64,000 nt of DNA from the human T2T-CHM13v2.0 reference genome, Homo sapiens. This document shows, one piece after another, positions 18,578 through 32,999 of the stretch (positions are counted from its first letter, which is position 1; each line of letters starts with the position of its first letter). Under the pieces are notes generated by a model. The model saw only the letters and a list, made by a program, of their open reading frames with translations, was not told where the DNA came from and did not search any database. The DNA is taken from NCBI RefSeq assembly GCF_009914755.1, contig NC_060927.1. One strand, given 5' to 3'. Position numbers and translations under genes: made by a program.

Positions 18578-19305
18578 TAAAAAAAAAGCACCTTAAATAC
18601 TAGAACTCCACTCGGGGCTTTTGCTCCTAGAGTAGAATTGGCAGGAATTGCCTGCAGGCTTACATGGTTTTCTTTGTTTTTCTCTCCCACCATGTCCCTT
18701 TTGGTCAACCTCACGTGCTGGGTTTGAATCAGTTAAATGAGTGTCATGCTGTGGCCTCACTTCACCCAGCATAGACAAGTGTTTGGAAGGGTGGCGTTAG
18801 AGGAGATTCTAGAAGCAGTAGCCCCAGCACAAGTTGAGCCCTTGGCCCCTGCTCAGGAGACGGCCTCTGGATGGGATTCAGGGATGCGAGCCCCTCATGT
18901 GAGCTGAGCTCAGGGAATGTCGGGATCAAATCTGGTGTCCTAGAAAAGTCATCTTTTATGTGCTGAACCAGTCCCCAGGGGGTTGCATTTACTTGTTCCA
19001 TGGCCATGGAATTTAGAAAAACATGCAAAAATAATTCTTCAGTCCTTGAAGAGCATCCAGCACAGAAGGTACAAACCCTCCTTAAGGCTCCCTCCTCAAA
19101 TCGGTTTGGCCATTTTGATGTGCACCCCCGCCAGGCCTTTATACCCTTCAGATGCCAAATCTAAGAACCAGCTCCCAGAAACCACACCCCCTGTTCCAAC
19201 CCCCAGCCTGGCTTGAGCGTGGGGTGGGTGGGAGCCCAGCTGGGCACCCCAGGGGTCTGGTGTCTTCTCCAGGAAGCTCTCGGGTTCCCTTGGTTCTCTC
19301 TGCAG

Positions 19306-19381
19306 TTTACATGAGCTGGTGAAACATGAAGAAAATGGCCTGGTCTTTGAGGACTCAGAGGAACTGGCAGCTCAGCTGCAG
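19306..19381 (+). pseudogene. ALG1L exon homologous to ALG1 exon 12
   Basis: tgcag|TTTACATGAG...CTGCAG|gtagcc, 76 nt, [25 protein letters not shown]. Confidence 0.94.
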
Positions 19382-19935
19382 GTAGCCATGTCTGCCACCA
19401 CGCCAGGGTGGGCAGGGTTCTGGAGACTGGCACCGAGCCACACTCCCTGATCCCTGCTTCCCACAGCCAGGGTGGGACCATGGGGGGTCTGGTGGAAAAG
19501 CTAGGGAGGGAGCAGAAGTCACAGAGGCTGGCCTACTCTGCTGTCCTGTTTCAGTACAGTAGGCTCGGGAAAGTTAGGACACAACGCCACCTGCCCTCTG
19601 GATTTATGGAGCTGACACGCCACAAATGATGCTGGATCCAGGTGGGCCAGGCTGCAGTTTAGGAAGTGATCAGGATCAGGTAGGTGCATGGGCTAAGGGA
19701 ACTTCTGGGACCAGCCTTGAAAGATGGGTGGAATTCTGCAAAGGTTACTTGTTTCTTATTGCAAAAAGTAATACATCATTCTTGTCAACAGAATGATTGG
19801 GAGGATTTTCAGTAAAGGTCCAGGTCAGAAGTCATTTAGACTGGGTCCCCCAGTCTCTGTCAGAACCATGGTACTCTGTTGTGGTGTGAAAGTAGCCACA
19901 GATCATCTGTAGATTAAGGGGTGTGGCTTTCTTCC

Positions 19936-19949
19936 AATAAAGCTTTATT
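19936..19949. terminator. Palindromic bidirectional poly(A) signal AATAAAGCTTTATT (likely FAM86 3' end)
   Basis: AATAAA on + (19936-19941) and on - (19949-19944), inside a MER58-like element. Confidence 0.6.
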
Positions 19950-20349
19950 TACAAACACAGGCTGTGGGCTGGATTTGGCCTGCAGGCTGTAGTTTGTGAT
20001 CCTTGATTCAGAGAGTTTAGCAAGGCTGAAAAGAACACCCACTCCCCCTTGTTACCCACAGATGGGTGGGACTGTGTTGGCCAGAGGCCGAGAGGAGGGT
20101 GCTCACAGGGGAACGTACAGCATGTAGAGGCCGGAAGGTGCTCCAGGGCACCAAGTGTGGGAAAGTGGGACATACGGGGAAGTTTCCAGAAAGCATGATG
20201 TCAAGTGGGAGGCGGAGCGCTGCTGGGGTGTGAAGGGTCTCAAGTCCAAGTGAGGGAGTTAGGGACTTGGGAGGGGTTGTTGTTGGGTCGGGGACCTGGG
20301 GTCAGCCAGGTGGTGACCTGGGATGGGGTGGGGACAGGCAATGAGGTAA

Positions 20350-20505
<156 letters not shown>

Positions 20506-20873
20506 CTCCTGGGCCAGAGGCTAAAACCCCAGGGCCCCTGCTGTCCTTCCCGCAGCTTCTTGGAGTGTCAGGGCAAACCCTTTCGAGCAGCGCCTCCCAG
20601 TGGCCAGAAGCTGAAATGACGGCAGTGGTGCCACCTGGTGAATGACCCGGGAAGCTGTGGTTGGCCCTGATTTCTTCTTTGGAGTCTCTGAAACGCTTCC
20701 TGTCTTTTGTTCTTCATGCCCCGTGCCCCTGTTAGCGTATTACTGTTCTCTGACTTCCCTGTGACCTCTGCAGTACTCCTCATCCTGCATTTGGTCTCCA
20801 GGTGTCACCTTTCTGCCGTGTTCCTAACACTTTGATCCCTGTCTTGAAAAAAGCACCTGCTGCACCATAGGCT

Positions 20874-21030
20874 CAGGGATGTGGCAGCTGCAGTGGGCTT
20901 GGCTTTGTGAGGAACCGAGTGTGTCCAGGGATGTGACAGCTGCAGCGGGCTTGGCTTTGTGAGGAACCGAGTGTGTCCAGGGATGTGGCAGCTGCAGTGG
21001 GCTTGGCTTTCTGAGGAACCAAGTGTGTCC
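20874..21030. repeat. 52-bp minisatellite, 3 copies
   Basis: Unit cagggatgtggcagctgcagtgggcttggctttgtgaggaaccgagtgtgtc starts at 20874, 20926 and 20978. Confidence 0.95.
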
Positions 21031-21322
21031 ACATTGGGGGAACGTCATACTTGATACACACTTTTTTATCTGCACAAAGCCAGAATTTTCATGTCTGATA
21101 TATGGTGATTTTCGTAAGAACCAGAACTGCTGGCAGAAAGGGGGCACCCACACGCTTAGATAGCCGATGTCTTATTAGAGGGCAGTTTGTGGTTTCTGAT
21201 TTGGAATTTAACATTCTCCAAACATTCCAGTACAATGAAAGTTTTATCCGCTTTCCCATATAAAAATTCTTCCCATGAGATTGACTTGATTCTCACAATC
21301 CCGTTGGAGTCGTGTGTGAGTC

Positions 21323-21423
21323 CTACAGTGTGAGGTTCAGCATTGCCATCTCCAAGTGCTCTCCATAGGGAAACAGTTTCTGGTCATGATGAGCTTCCGC
21401 TTCCCATATGATCCCAGCCCGGC
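21323..21423 (-). pseudogene. FAM86 exon 8 CDS
   Basis: tccag|GRAGIIWEAEAHHDQKLFPYGEHLEMAMLNLTL*(TAG), 101 nt. Confidence 0.93.
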
Positions 21424-21811
21424 CTGGAAACAGAGCACGTGCTTGAGGATGGCGGTGTTTGGGGACAGGACGTGAGCGTTTTGTGTGGGGCTGCTAGGAC
21501 AGGCCTGGTGGGGTAGGGGGTGTCTAAGTCAGTTTACTTGTTTCACAGGTTCCCAGGCCCACCCAGGTACCTAGAATTGGCCACCAGGATGGGACTAGAA
21601 ATCTGGTTTTGCATAGAAATGGCTAGCAGCAGGCACCATGCCACTGTCCACTCTCTGCCCGCGTCTGCCCCAGCACTTGGCACAGCAGGACAGAAGCAGA
21701 GATCTGAACCCACATCTACCTGGCTGCTCAGTCAACTCACTCTTCACAAAGCTTAGAAAGTGGCCGGGCACAGTGGCTTATGCCTGTAATCCCAAAACTT
21801 TGAGAGGCCTA

Positions 21812-22198
<387 letters not shown>

Positions 22199-22825
22199 TC
22201 ACCCAGACTGGAGTGCAGCGGCACAGTCATTGCTCACTAAAGCCTCGACTCCTGGGCTCTAGCAATCCTCCCACTTCCTGAGTAGCTGGGATGACAGATG
22301 CATGCCACCATGCCAGTAATTTTTTTATTTTGTAGAGATGGGGTCCTGAACGCATGGCCTCAATCGATGCTCCTTCCTCAGCCTCTTTTATTATTATTTT
22401 TTAGATGGAGTTTTACTCTGTTCCCCAGGCTGGAGTGCAGTGGTGCAATCTCAGCTCACTGCAACGCCTCCCAGGTTCAAGTGATTCTCCTGCCTCAGCC
22501 TCCCGAGTAGCTGGTATTATAGGCGTGCACCACCACGCCTGGCTAATTTTTGTGTTTTTAGTAGAGATAGGGTTTCACTGTGTTGGCCAGGCTGGTCTTG
22601 AACTCTTGACCTCAGGTGATCTGCTCACCTCAGCCTCCCAAAGCCTCAGCCTCTTACAGTGTTGGGATTACAGGCATGAGACACTGTGACCCGGGATGAT
22701 TTTCAGTCACTTTTTTTGTTACAAGTGGAAAATGCGTATTCATAAAAATGACGTAGTACAGATATGAACGTGTAGAAATCTCTATAATCCTGCCATCCAA
22801 GGATGGCACCTGTTAACGTGTATAT

Positions 22826-23015
22826 CAGGGATGTCCAATCTTTTGGCCTCCCTGCGCCACATTGGAAGAAGAAGAATCGCCTTGGGCCACACATAAAATA
22901 CACTAAAGCTAGAATAGCTGTTGAGCTCAAAGAAAAAAAAAAAATCACAAAAAAACCTCATATTGTTTTAAGAAAGTTTACAGATTTGTGTTGGGCCACA
23001 GGTTGGACAAGCCTG
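22826..23015. mobile_element. MER30 DNA transposon
   Basis: cagggatgtccaatcttttggc...ggttggacaagcctg. Confidence 0.75.
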
Positions 23016-24813
23016 CTATATAGATGTTCTAGGTTTTCCCCTATAGGTATACTTATGTGAAAATGATTATTGTGATAAATTTTTTTTGAGATGAAGTCTT
23101 GCTATGTTGCTCAAGGTGGCCACAAACTCCTGGGCTTAAGCCATCCTCCCACCTCAGCCTCTTGAGTAGTTGGAATATAGGTACTCATAACCATGTGTGG
23201 GTGATTATTATTAGTTTTTAAACAAAACTGGGGCTGGGCGCAGTAGCTCATGCCCGTATTCCTAACATTTTGGGAGGCTGAGACAGCAGATCACTTGAGG
23301 TCAGGAGTTCAAGATCAGCCTGGCCAACATGGCGAAACCTCAACTCTACAAACAATACAAAAATTAGCCAGGCGTGGTAGCACGCACCTGTAGTCCCAGC
23401 TATTCAGGAGGCTGAGATGGGAGGATAGCTTGAACCTGGGAGGTAGGAGGTTGCAGTGGGCCGAGATGGCACCACTGCACTCCAGCCTGGGCAATACAAA
23501 GCCAGACTCTGTCTCAAAAAGAAAAAAAAAAAAAAAAGGTGGGCGGGGGCTTATACTATGTGTGCTGCTTGGCACTGTTGTTTTTATTTAAAAGATATTG
23601 CAGGTTTTTTTTCACGTAAGTATCTGAAGAAAGACTTCCTTTTTTTTTTTTTTTTTTTGGTTTTTTGCTTTTTTGAGATAGGGTCTTGCTCTGTTGCCCA
23701 CGCTGGAGTGCAGTGGTGAGATCAGGGCTCACTGCAGCCTCCACCTCGTGGGCTCAAGCCATCCTCCCACCTCAGCCTCCTGAGTAGCTGGGACTACAGG
23801 TGTGTGCAACCACATCTGGCTAGTTTCTGTATGTTTTGTGAAGACAGGGTCCCACTATGTGGCCCAGGTTTTTCTTGAACAACTGGGGTCAAGTAGTCCT
23901 CCTTTCTTAGCCTCCTAAAGTGCCGGGATGACAGGCCTGAGCCCCGCGCCCGGCCAGCCTCCTGTGCGAGGTTGTGCGGGACTCTGTCGTGGAACCCAGT
24001 ATGCCTTCATGTGCTGGCTTGTTTGTTGGCTCTGTAGTTAACGGGCTGCCCCACGTGGACAGGCACTGGGTTGTCTGTGTCTCTGTGTGCAGGCAGAGGC
24101 TGCTGCGGGTGCATCTGTGCACATGGCTGCCAGGAGGGGCTGTGCTCAGGGGGAGCTGGGGCAGAGGCTGGTGGCATTGGGAGGCTTGGGTGTAGTGTGG
24201 AGGCACGAGAGCCTGGTGGCCGGGCTGCAGTCTGCAGGAGCTCGAGGGTCGCTTGGCCTCTGTGTGTCCTAATGTCTTTGTCGGTGAGATGGGACAATGA
24301 CAGCACACCCTCACAGGTGCTGGGGGCTGACAAACGTCAGGTCTGAGGACAGTGGTTGGCCCACTGAGAAGTTCCCCTTCTCTATAGTCACCCTGCTCGT
24401 CTTCCATCAACTGGGTGCTCAGGACAGTGGTGTGGTGGATCAGCCTGTACAGCCTGTGCTCCAGCGTCCTGCAGGCCACAGCTGTGTCCAGCCATGACCC
24501 CGACTGCCCCTCCCACCACCTCCATTTTATAGATGAAACCAAGGCCCAAGGGCTTAGGGAACCCTGCTCTGAAGCACATAGTAGGGCTGCTGGGCTCAGA
24601 CCCTCCCTCCCTCTGCTGAGCCGCCCTCCTCCTGCCGCAAGCCCCCCACACCCCAAGCCCACCCTGCTCGCCGGCCTCTGCCTGAGTTCCCCGCATGATG
24701 TGGGAGTGTGGGGCATCCTAGCTTTTCCCCGGCGCCCAGTTCTTTCACTTCCACTGGAGTCCCGCAGGGACAGCTCGGGGACCATGCAGGCCCAGGTGGG
24801 CGTGGGGGCTCAC

Positions 24814-24963
24814 CTAGCTCGGTGGTGAACAGCTGGCACGTCTCTGGGTTGTGGACGGTAAAGGCCACGTAGACCTCAGGAGACTGCTGGTGCTCCCAGC
24901 AGGCAGCCAGCCTCCGCAGGATCCCGACCAGCGACACGATGGCTTCTGGGCAATACAGCACGT
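24814..24963 (-). pseudogene. FAM86 exon 7
   Basis: cgtag|DVLYCPEAIVSLVGILRRLAACWEHQQSPEVYVAFTVHNPETCQLFTTEL|gtgag, 150 nt. Confidence 0.94.
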
Positions 24964-25790
24964 CTACGGTGAAAGCTTCAGGTTACTGAAAGGGATAAGT
25001 GGAAAGTTCCAGTTCATACTGACCTCAGCAGCAGGGCGAGGCCAGAGAGGCAGCGGTCATATGAGACTATTAGATGCCATTTGACCATTTGGGCCATTAG
25101 ATGGAAAGGCAATTACTTGGGTGAAAAAGGAGAACCCTTAGTAGAGAAAGCTGCAAAAGACCGAAGCAAAAGAAAAAAATCTCCAGACTCACTGGTGTTC
25201 CTTAAAAAACCAGCTCTGGTTCTCGGCCTATCTAGAGGGCTTTGAATGACAGAAAGCCTGACCCTGCCGTGAACTTCGTGTTTCAGGTGTCTGCCAATTG
25301 GTCTGCTGGCTTGAGGGGGTGGGCCTGTGTCCCTGGCCACCGCTGGACCTGTGGGTTTCAGGGCTGGAACCCAGGACCACAGGCAGAGCTCTGTTCCACC
25401 AGAGAGGGGACTGAGTGTGCTGGCAGGGGTGAGGGGTTTTCGGTGGCCCAGCCAAACACCACCTTCTCTCAAGGGCCCTGTCCTCATCTCAGAAGTGGTT
25501 GTTTTCCTCCTGTGGTCTCTGAAGGACACAGGGCATGGCTCTGGGACAGAGCCATGTGGTGATGACTGAAACGGGAGTATGCCTGTATCCAACAAGAGGT
25601 CTGTGGCTTGAAGGTCACCTTAAGAGGCACCCCTGTCCTTTGATGTCACCCTGGAGGCCCAGAGTACCTCTTCTGGAAGCCCCATCATGTCCATTCCCGA
25701 CAGCGTCCATTGTTCCCTTTTCCCAGAGCCAAGGGCTGGGTAGAGCTGCATGGACACCACCTGCACAGGATGCCTGGGGCTGGCCATTAC

Positions 25791-26056
25791 CTGCTGCAAT
25801 GACAACATCTGGCTGGAAGGCAGAGAGCTGATGGACCGTCGCTACGTCCCAGTCCAGCTGGGCCACTGTCACCCTGGGGCTGTCTAAGTTGGCAGTGATG
25901 TCTGCCTCTAATGAGAGGCCATTGAGAAGGACATTCCCTCGGAGCTGCTCGAGGACCCGGCTGTGACAGTCACTGAAGATGAATGCCCGGGGGCGGTACA
26001 TCTTGCAGATGGCCAGGCCTGTGAGGCCGGCACCACTGCCAAGCTCTAGGACAGTC
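25791..26056 (-). pseudogene. FAM86 exon 6 (SAM-binding motif I and post-I)
   Basis: accag|RTVLELGSGAGLTGLAICK...FIFSDCH...QPDVVIAA|gtaat, 266 nt, open frame. Confidence 0.95.
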
Positions 26057-26138
26057 CTGGTGGGAGGAAAGGGGACCGTGTCTTCAACTGCACCAGGGTA
26101 AGCCTGCCTCAGTGCCCTGCCCTGTGCCACAAGGTCAC

Positions 26139-26272
26139 CTGTTAGTGAAGGCTGCTGGGTTCTCGATGGCCCATTCTGCAAGGTAGAGGGTGGCATCCCA
26201 TGTGACCAGGCCTGTGGTACCATGGGAGATGATGGCTGTGCTCTCGGAGAGTGTGACTGAGCCTCCCGAGGG
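26139..26272 (-). pseudogene. FAM86 exon 5
   Basis: tgcag|PSGGSVTLSESTAIISHGTTGLVTWDATLYLAEWAIENPAAFTN|gtgac, 134 nt. Confidence 0.94.
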
Positions 26273-26566
26273 CTGCACCAAGAGAGGGCGAGAGAGTAAG
26301 TCCAGCGATCAGAAGGCAAGTGGCTTAGAAGACAAGTAGCCATCCACCATATGTCTGAATAAACCATGACAGGACCAATCGCCACTCAGCAATGAGAAGC
26401 AGCTAACTGTTGACATACCAACAGCTTGCACAGACCTCAAGGGTGTCACATAGCATGAAAGACACTCAGGCCACACTGGAGTCCATTCATCGAACATTGC
26501 TGAGACAACAGAATTCTGGTGATGGAGCACAGGTCAGTGGTGGCCAGGGGCCAGGTGTGGCTATGA

Positions 26567-26803
<237 letters not shown>

Positions 26804-26806
26804 TGA

Positions 26807-26911
<105 letters not shown>

Positions 26912-26914
26912 TGA

Positions 26915-27356
<442 letters not shown>

Positions 27357-27499
27357 TGAGGCTAAAGAAGGTTAATGGACTTCATGTCTAAGACTGCAGA
27401 ATGGGTGAGTCAGAATTTGAACCCACACCCACATTTTCACTTTGTCTGTGCAGGAAGTGTATCTGGGCTGTGAGGGGGAGGAGGGTGCCCTTCTCATAC

Positions 27500-27601
27500 C
27501 AGCAAATAACTCCGGTGGCCCTGGGTGGACTCCTTGGCCATCAGGGTCTCTGCCAGTGCCTCATACAGCTCGTCCAAAGCCTCCATGTGGACAGCCTCGT
27601 G
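27500..27601 (-). pseudogene. FAM86 exon 4
   Basis: cccag|HEAVHMEALDELYEALAETLMAKESTQGHRSYLL|gtatg, 102 nt. Confidence 0.94.
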
Positions 27602-29195
27602 CTGGGGGCAGACAGAGTGAGAGCTTGTTTGCTTTTGTTCTAATCTGTAAAAATGGCCAGATGATTTTCACCAAGTTTGGAGGGGAGATTTGGGATGGAA
27701 TGGTGTAACACCGGCCAGCTGGCATATAAAATATTCACTTCGTTGGGCATGGTGGTGTGTGCCGAATAGTTCCAGCTACTCTAGAGGCTGACATGGGAGG
27801 ACTGCTTGAGCCCAGGAGTTCCAGGACAGCCTGGGCAACAGAGATCTTGTCTCTAAAAAAAAATAATTCCACTTGGTAGGGAAACATGAACGGGAGGGCC
27901 TTCAACAAGAGGTGTTGAGAGGGTAGGGTTAGATGTAGTCTAGGGCAGGAGACAAGGATTCCGTGAGAGCTGCCACCTGACCACGACAGAGAGCTCTGTG
28001 TTTGGATCAAACACAGAGAGGAGGAAAACAAAAGGTGCTTTTAAGTGAGCCCAGACAGAACTGTGAGGGCGGCCCATGCTGCAGGCTGTGGCTGTCAGCA
28101 GGCTGCTTCTCCACAGCTGGCCCCGTCCTATGATTCATAGGGCAGCAGAAGGGTACACTAGGTGACTGCTGCCCTCTCCTGGTGGCACAGGGCAGAACTG
28201 CTGGTGACCACAGATGCACCCTTTTGGGGAGGACTAGGGAGAAAGCAGGTATTGGAGAAGCAGGGGATTGTTTATTTGCTAAAAGTGTGGCCCTTTCATT
28301 CAGCAAGTCTGCTTCTGCCTACTGAGGAATGGCCTCTCGACATCCCCATGTCAAACCCTGCATATTCAGGCCCATCTTTAAAATCCATCCTAGGCCAGGT
28401 GAGGTGGCTCATGCCTGTAATCCCAGCATTTTGGGAGGCCAAGGCAGGCGGATCACCTGAGGTCAGGAGTCCGAGACCAGCCTGGCCAACATGGTGAAAC
28501 TCTGTCTCTACTAAAAATACAAAAATTAGCCGGGCATGGTGGCGTGTGCCTGTAGTCCCAGCTTCTTAGAAGGCTAGACATGAGCATTGCTTGAACCCAG
28601 GAGGCAGAGGTTTCAGGGAGCTGAGATTGTGCCACGGTAATCCAGCCTGGGCAACACAGTGAGACTGTTTCAAAAAAGTAAATAAATAAGTAAAAAATAA
28701 AATCCATCCTATATCAGTCAGGAAAGAGCTCATTCCAGCAGGATCAAAGCAGAGAATTCACCAGAGGAACTAGTTCCAAAGGTATGGCAAGAGCTAAATC
28801 TTCCAAAAGGGGCCCGTGGGGCAACCCAGAGACGGACAAGAGCAGGAAACTCCAAACCCTTCAGCGGGCAGGACAGAGGGTGTGGGTGAGGGTTCCAGTG
28901 CTGTGGGCTGGACCAGCCTGGTAGGAATGAGAATTCATATGCTAGGAGCTGGCGCCCCAGAGAAGCAGCTGCTGTGGAAACCCCAGGAGGCAGAGTGAGG
29001 GAGAGACGCTGGCCTCCCCTTCTTCCTGCCCTGCACTGTCTCCCATGGGTCACACTCAGATGCAGCCAGTTGCCTGGGGAGGCCCCTGCCATGCTGGGGT
29101 TTGCAAAGAAGGCCCAGGGCCTGGGAAGGATGGGGTCTCCAGCACGCAGGTGGCTATGCTGTCCGGCTACTGGGCGGACACTGCCCATAACTGAC

Positions 29196-29278
29196 CTTTT
29201 TGATGAGTTCTGAGAGAAAGCACCGGGCTTTCTTGACTGACGGCGGGTGCTTCACACACACACAGGATGCTTCACAGT
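29196..29278 (-). pseudogene. FAM86 exon 3 (+2 frameshift in TG run)
   Basis: cgtag|TVKHPVCV+TG+KHPPSVKKARCFLSELIKK|gtcag, 83 nt instead of an in-frame 81. Confidence 0.92.
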
Positions 29279-31171
29279 CTACGGCAAAGGACAGAACGTT
29301 GGTTGCTCGAGAGCCCATCTTAAGTCTCCTATGAGCTTCAAGCCAACACAGCAGAGGGCAAACTCCAGGCTACCCGATCCCTCAGCAAAGATGTACATGG
29401 ACACGGCGTTCTGGCCCCACGCATCTGAAGTTTGTCTTAAGATATAAGCCGTTTTCTAAAGATGCTTCCACTGCAGTGGCACAGGCTATGGCAGCATTTC
29501 TAATGCCCATTCTGAGCAGGAACACAGGGCATGTGGGCCCAAACCACCTCCCTCCCAGGGGAGCCAGTGTGAACCAGGGTTTGCTGTAAGGACAGTCGCC
29601 AACTGTCTGGCTTTATGGAAGAGGCGGGAAGGCCCACTCAGCAACTGCTCTCTTGGAGCGTGTGTCCCTGGGGACAGGATGGAGGGGAGGGAACGCTCAG
29701 GGTGACACTCCCACTAAAGCCGAGAGAAGCCAAGTGCAGGATGAGCAAGTTCCAGGCAGTGGGAACAGCCTGTGCAAGCTCTGAGGTGGGCACGGGCTGG
29801 CCCTTGGAAAGGAGGGCAGAGGGACTGGTGTAGCAGGAGTGGGGATGGTGGGAAATCAGGAGCCTGGAGGGAGAGGGAGGAGACAGTCCGCAGCTCCTGC
29901 TGGCTGGGTGGGATGCAGATTCTGCCCAAGGGCAGCAAAGTACCCCACACAATACACTGGCTCTTCATGCTGGTGTTGGTTTTTCATTTTTTCTGACACA
30001 GAGTCTCGCTCTGTTGCCCAGGCTGGAGTGCAGTGGCCCGATCTTGGCTCACCGCAGCCTCCGCCTCCTGGGTTCAGCGATTCTCCTGCCTCAGCCTCCC
30101 GAGTAGCTGGGACTATAGGCGTGCACCACCACGCCCAGCTAATTTTTTTATTTTTAGTAGAGATGGGTTTTTACCATGTTGGCTAGGCTGGTGTTGAACT
30201 CCTGACCTTAGGTGATCCGTCCACCTCAGCCTCCCAGAGTCCTGGGATTACAGGTGTGAGCCAGTGCACCCAGCCTTGTGCTGGGTTTTAAAGCAGCTCT
30301 CCCAACATTTCATGCTTCACCACCTATGAGAGTGAGGCTTAGGGTGAAACTCAGAGCAGGGTGTGAGATAACTTCAGGTATCTCCATGATCGAAGCCCTG
30401 ACCTACTGTATTGCCCCGAAAGTCTTCCCTGCTGTGTCTGCATCTTTTCCATGTGGATAATCTTGGTTCACCTCTAGCACAGGAATTCTTCACCGGGGCT
30501 CCTAGGATGGGCTGGGTGGGTGGGGGTGGAGGATGTCTGTCTCCCCTGAGTTTGTATGGAAAACATATTCTTCTGGTGTACTTCTTTCTGGGAGGGAGTC
30601 TATTGCTTTGTCTTTTCAGAAGGGCTCATGGCCCTTCGAAGGTGAAGACCCAGGATGCAGGGTGATCTGCACTTGGCCCTCAAGGCCAAGGTCAGCCTCT
30701 AGCTGGGCCGGGTGGTGATCCTGGCTCTCACCTGCATGCAGATGCACTTGAGTCCAAACCCCACCCTGGGCAAAGCAAGGGCCCATTTAGGTCTAGAAGA
30801 GACAGGAGTGGGCAGGACAGGCCTCATGAATGCAAAAAAGAAAGTCTCTGAGCATCTACCAAATGCTAGAAGCTGTTTTGTACCTGTCATCTCTGTTTTT
30901 GCTGTGGATGGTTTAAAAAACATTCGCTAGATTTCACCCCTCTTGCAGATTTTTGTATATTCTGATGTCTTTGTCTAAGTCTTAGATAGACAACGAAAGT
31001 GCAGGAGCTGTCGGAGGTGCTGACACCCACCTGCAGTGCTGACTCAATGGTTTTGTTCTTTGAACAGGGGTGTTTTTAAAGGGTATAAGCACACCTATGG
31101 TTCTTCTCTCAGGTCTTCCGGAGAGATTCAGGAGGCAGGGTCATGAGTCCCAGGGACTCTGGGATTCTTAC

Positions 31172-31234
31172 CTTCTGCAAAATATCCCGCAGCAGCTCAG
31201 AATCTGATGAGTCTCTTAACTTTGCTTCTAAGCT
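31172..31234 (-). pseudogene. FAM86 exon 2
   Basis: cacag|SLEAKLRDSSDSELLRDILQK|gtaag, 63 nt. Confidence 0.94.
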
Positions 31235-32999
31235 CTGTGTGGACGGGAGAGAGAGAAATCTCAAGGGCGCATTCACAGGAACATTAAAACACGCAATAGA
31301 ATGTGTTGGCAAAGCGCTATGTGATCCCTCCCTGGGGACGTGGAGCCAGTTGGAAGTGGAAGCCACAGTGGCTGAAAGCCTGACCTTCAGATGTCGCTGG
31401 GTGCAATTGGATGAGTCACAGGAAGAAGACTGACTCTTGGCCGCATTAGTCATGGCTACTTAGCGGCCACCCGGGTCATGGGCCAGCTCCCTGGTTGCAC
31501 TGGTCAGCCAGGAATTACCAGGGCAGCCATGGCAACAAGGTTTGATGGGCTTGCCATCTGAGTTTAAGTAGAAATGCAGAATGTGCTCATACCAGCCTGG
31601 GTTACATTGTCCTCTTACAGGGGCCTCAAGCCCAGCAGCAAGCTTTGGCTCCTGAGTTAGGCAAACTGTCTCGGCTGGTATGTGACCCACGGCAAGGCAC
31701 TTCATTGCTTCAGAGCTCCTTCCATGCCATAAAAGGCCCTACAAGACCTGGTCCTAATCCCTCTCTCTGGCCTGTTCTCCCTCACCCCTGGCCCACCCTG
31801 CTCACTCCACTCCAGCCACACTGGCTGCCTTGCTGTTTTTCCTCAACCATAGCTGGCTTGTTTCCACCACAGGGCCTTTGCATATCCTGTTCCCCAAGCC
31901 CTTCCCATGGCTGGCTGCCTCACCACTCAGGCCCCAGTTCAAATACCACCTCTTTGGGGAAGGCTTCCCTGATTCCCCGACCTTGGTGACTCTTCTCCCC
32001 AGTTGCTCCATTCACCATTTCCCTGTTTTATTGGCTTTAAAGCCACTCTCATCTGGTCTTTTCTTGTTTATTCATTTATTTGTTTATTCTCTGGCTCTCC
32101 CATGCAAGCAGAGCCTCATCTATCATGGGTACTGCTGATCCATGGTGCCTGGCTCATGGAAGGCATTTATTAAACATTTTGTGACTGAATAAAAACACCA
32201 GCTAACACCGACATGCATTTACCATGAGCCAGGCACTGATCCACAGGCTTTTGTACTCAACGCTGACAACAACCCTAAGAGGTAGGTATCATTATATCCC
32301 CCATTTTATTAATAAGAAAACAATAGCACAGAGAGATGCAGTCACTTGCCCAAGGTCACACAGGGCCAGGGGTTGGGCCAGGATTCGAAGCAGGCAGGCT
32401 GTCTCCTGGGTCTGAACTCTCAACTACTTCACCCTAATCAAACAATCTCTCTGGTCAAAAGTGAGTGATAATAATAGTACCCACCTCGTCAGTGTTGAGG
32501 GTGAGCCGAAGTTAGCATTCAGTGTGGGCATGTGAACAACTATAGTCAATATTGAATGGAGACCTATGATGCTTTTATGAAGGTTTCTATTTTGGGTTAA
32601 AAATGCACAAATTTCTCCTGACTAAAATTGATCTCTGAGTGCTAAATATTTTATGTCAATGGAATAACGCAAATGATTAAGCAACACCCCATAAAATGGG
32701 GCAGACCCAGGGAGGAATATATATCCGAACTGACTCATCCCAGTGAGCTCACTGCACATGAATTACAAATGGAGAGGGGTGCATTAAGCCCCTCTGCTGG
32801 CAGAAGGGAGGCTGCTGCCTGCCAGGCGCCTGTGCTGAGAATGGCAGGTCCCCAGGGAGAGGAGAGGCCACCCCCTTCTCTGTCTCTTCCATCACAGGCG
32901 TGAAAGCCTCAGCGCATGATCCGATTCTGTGCAGTGCTCGACATACAGATGAGAACACTGAGGCACGAGGGACAGCCTGTGACCTGGTCACCGTGCTCA

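Noticed and set aside
20874-21030. Regularly spaced repeats resembling a CRISPR array
   Set aside because: Contiguous tandem units with no unique spacers, in eukaryotic DNA with no cas genes.
23907-24785. 292-aa ORF on the - strand
   Set aside because: It lies in GC-rich FAM86 intron 7, ends in Alu sequence and has no recognisable domain; likely a chance ORF.
25615-26385. 256-aa ORF containing VLELGSGAG read as a standalone gene
   Set aside because: It is FAM86 exon 6 with intronic read-through on both sides.
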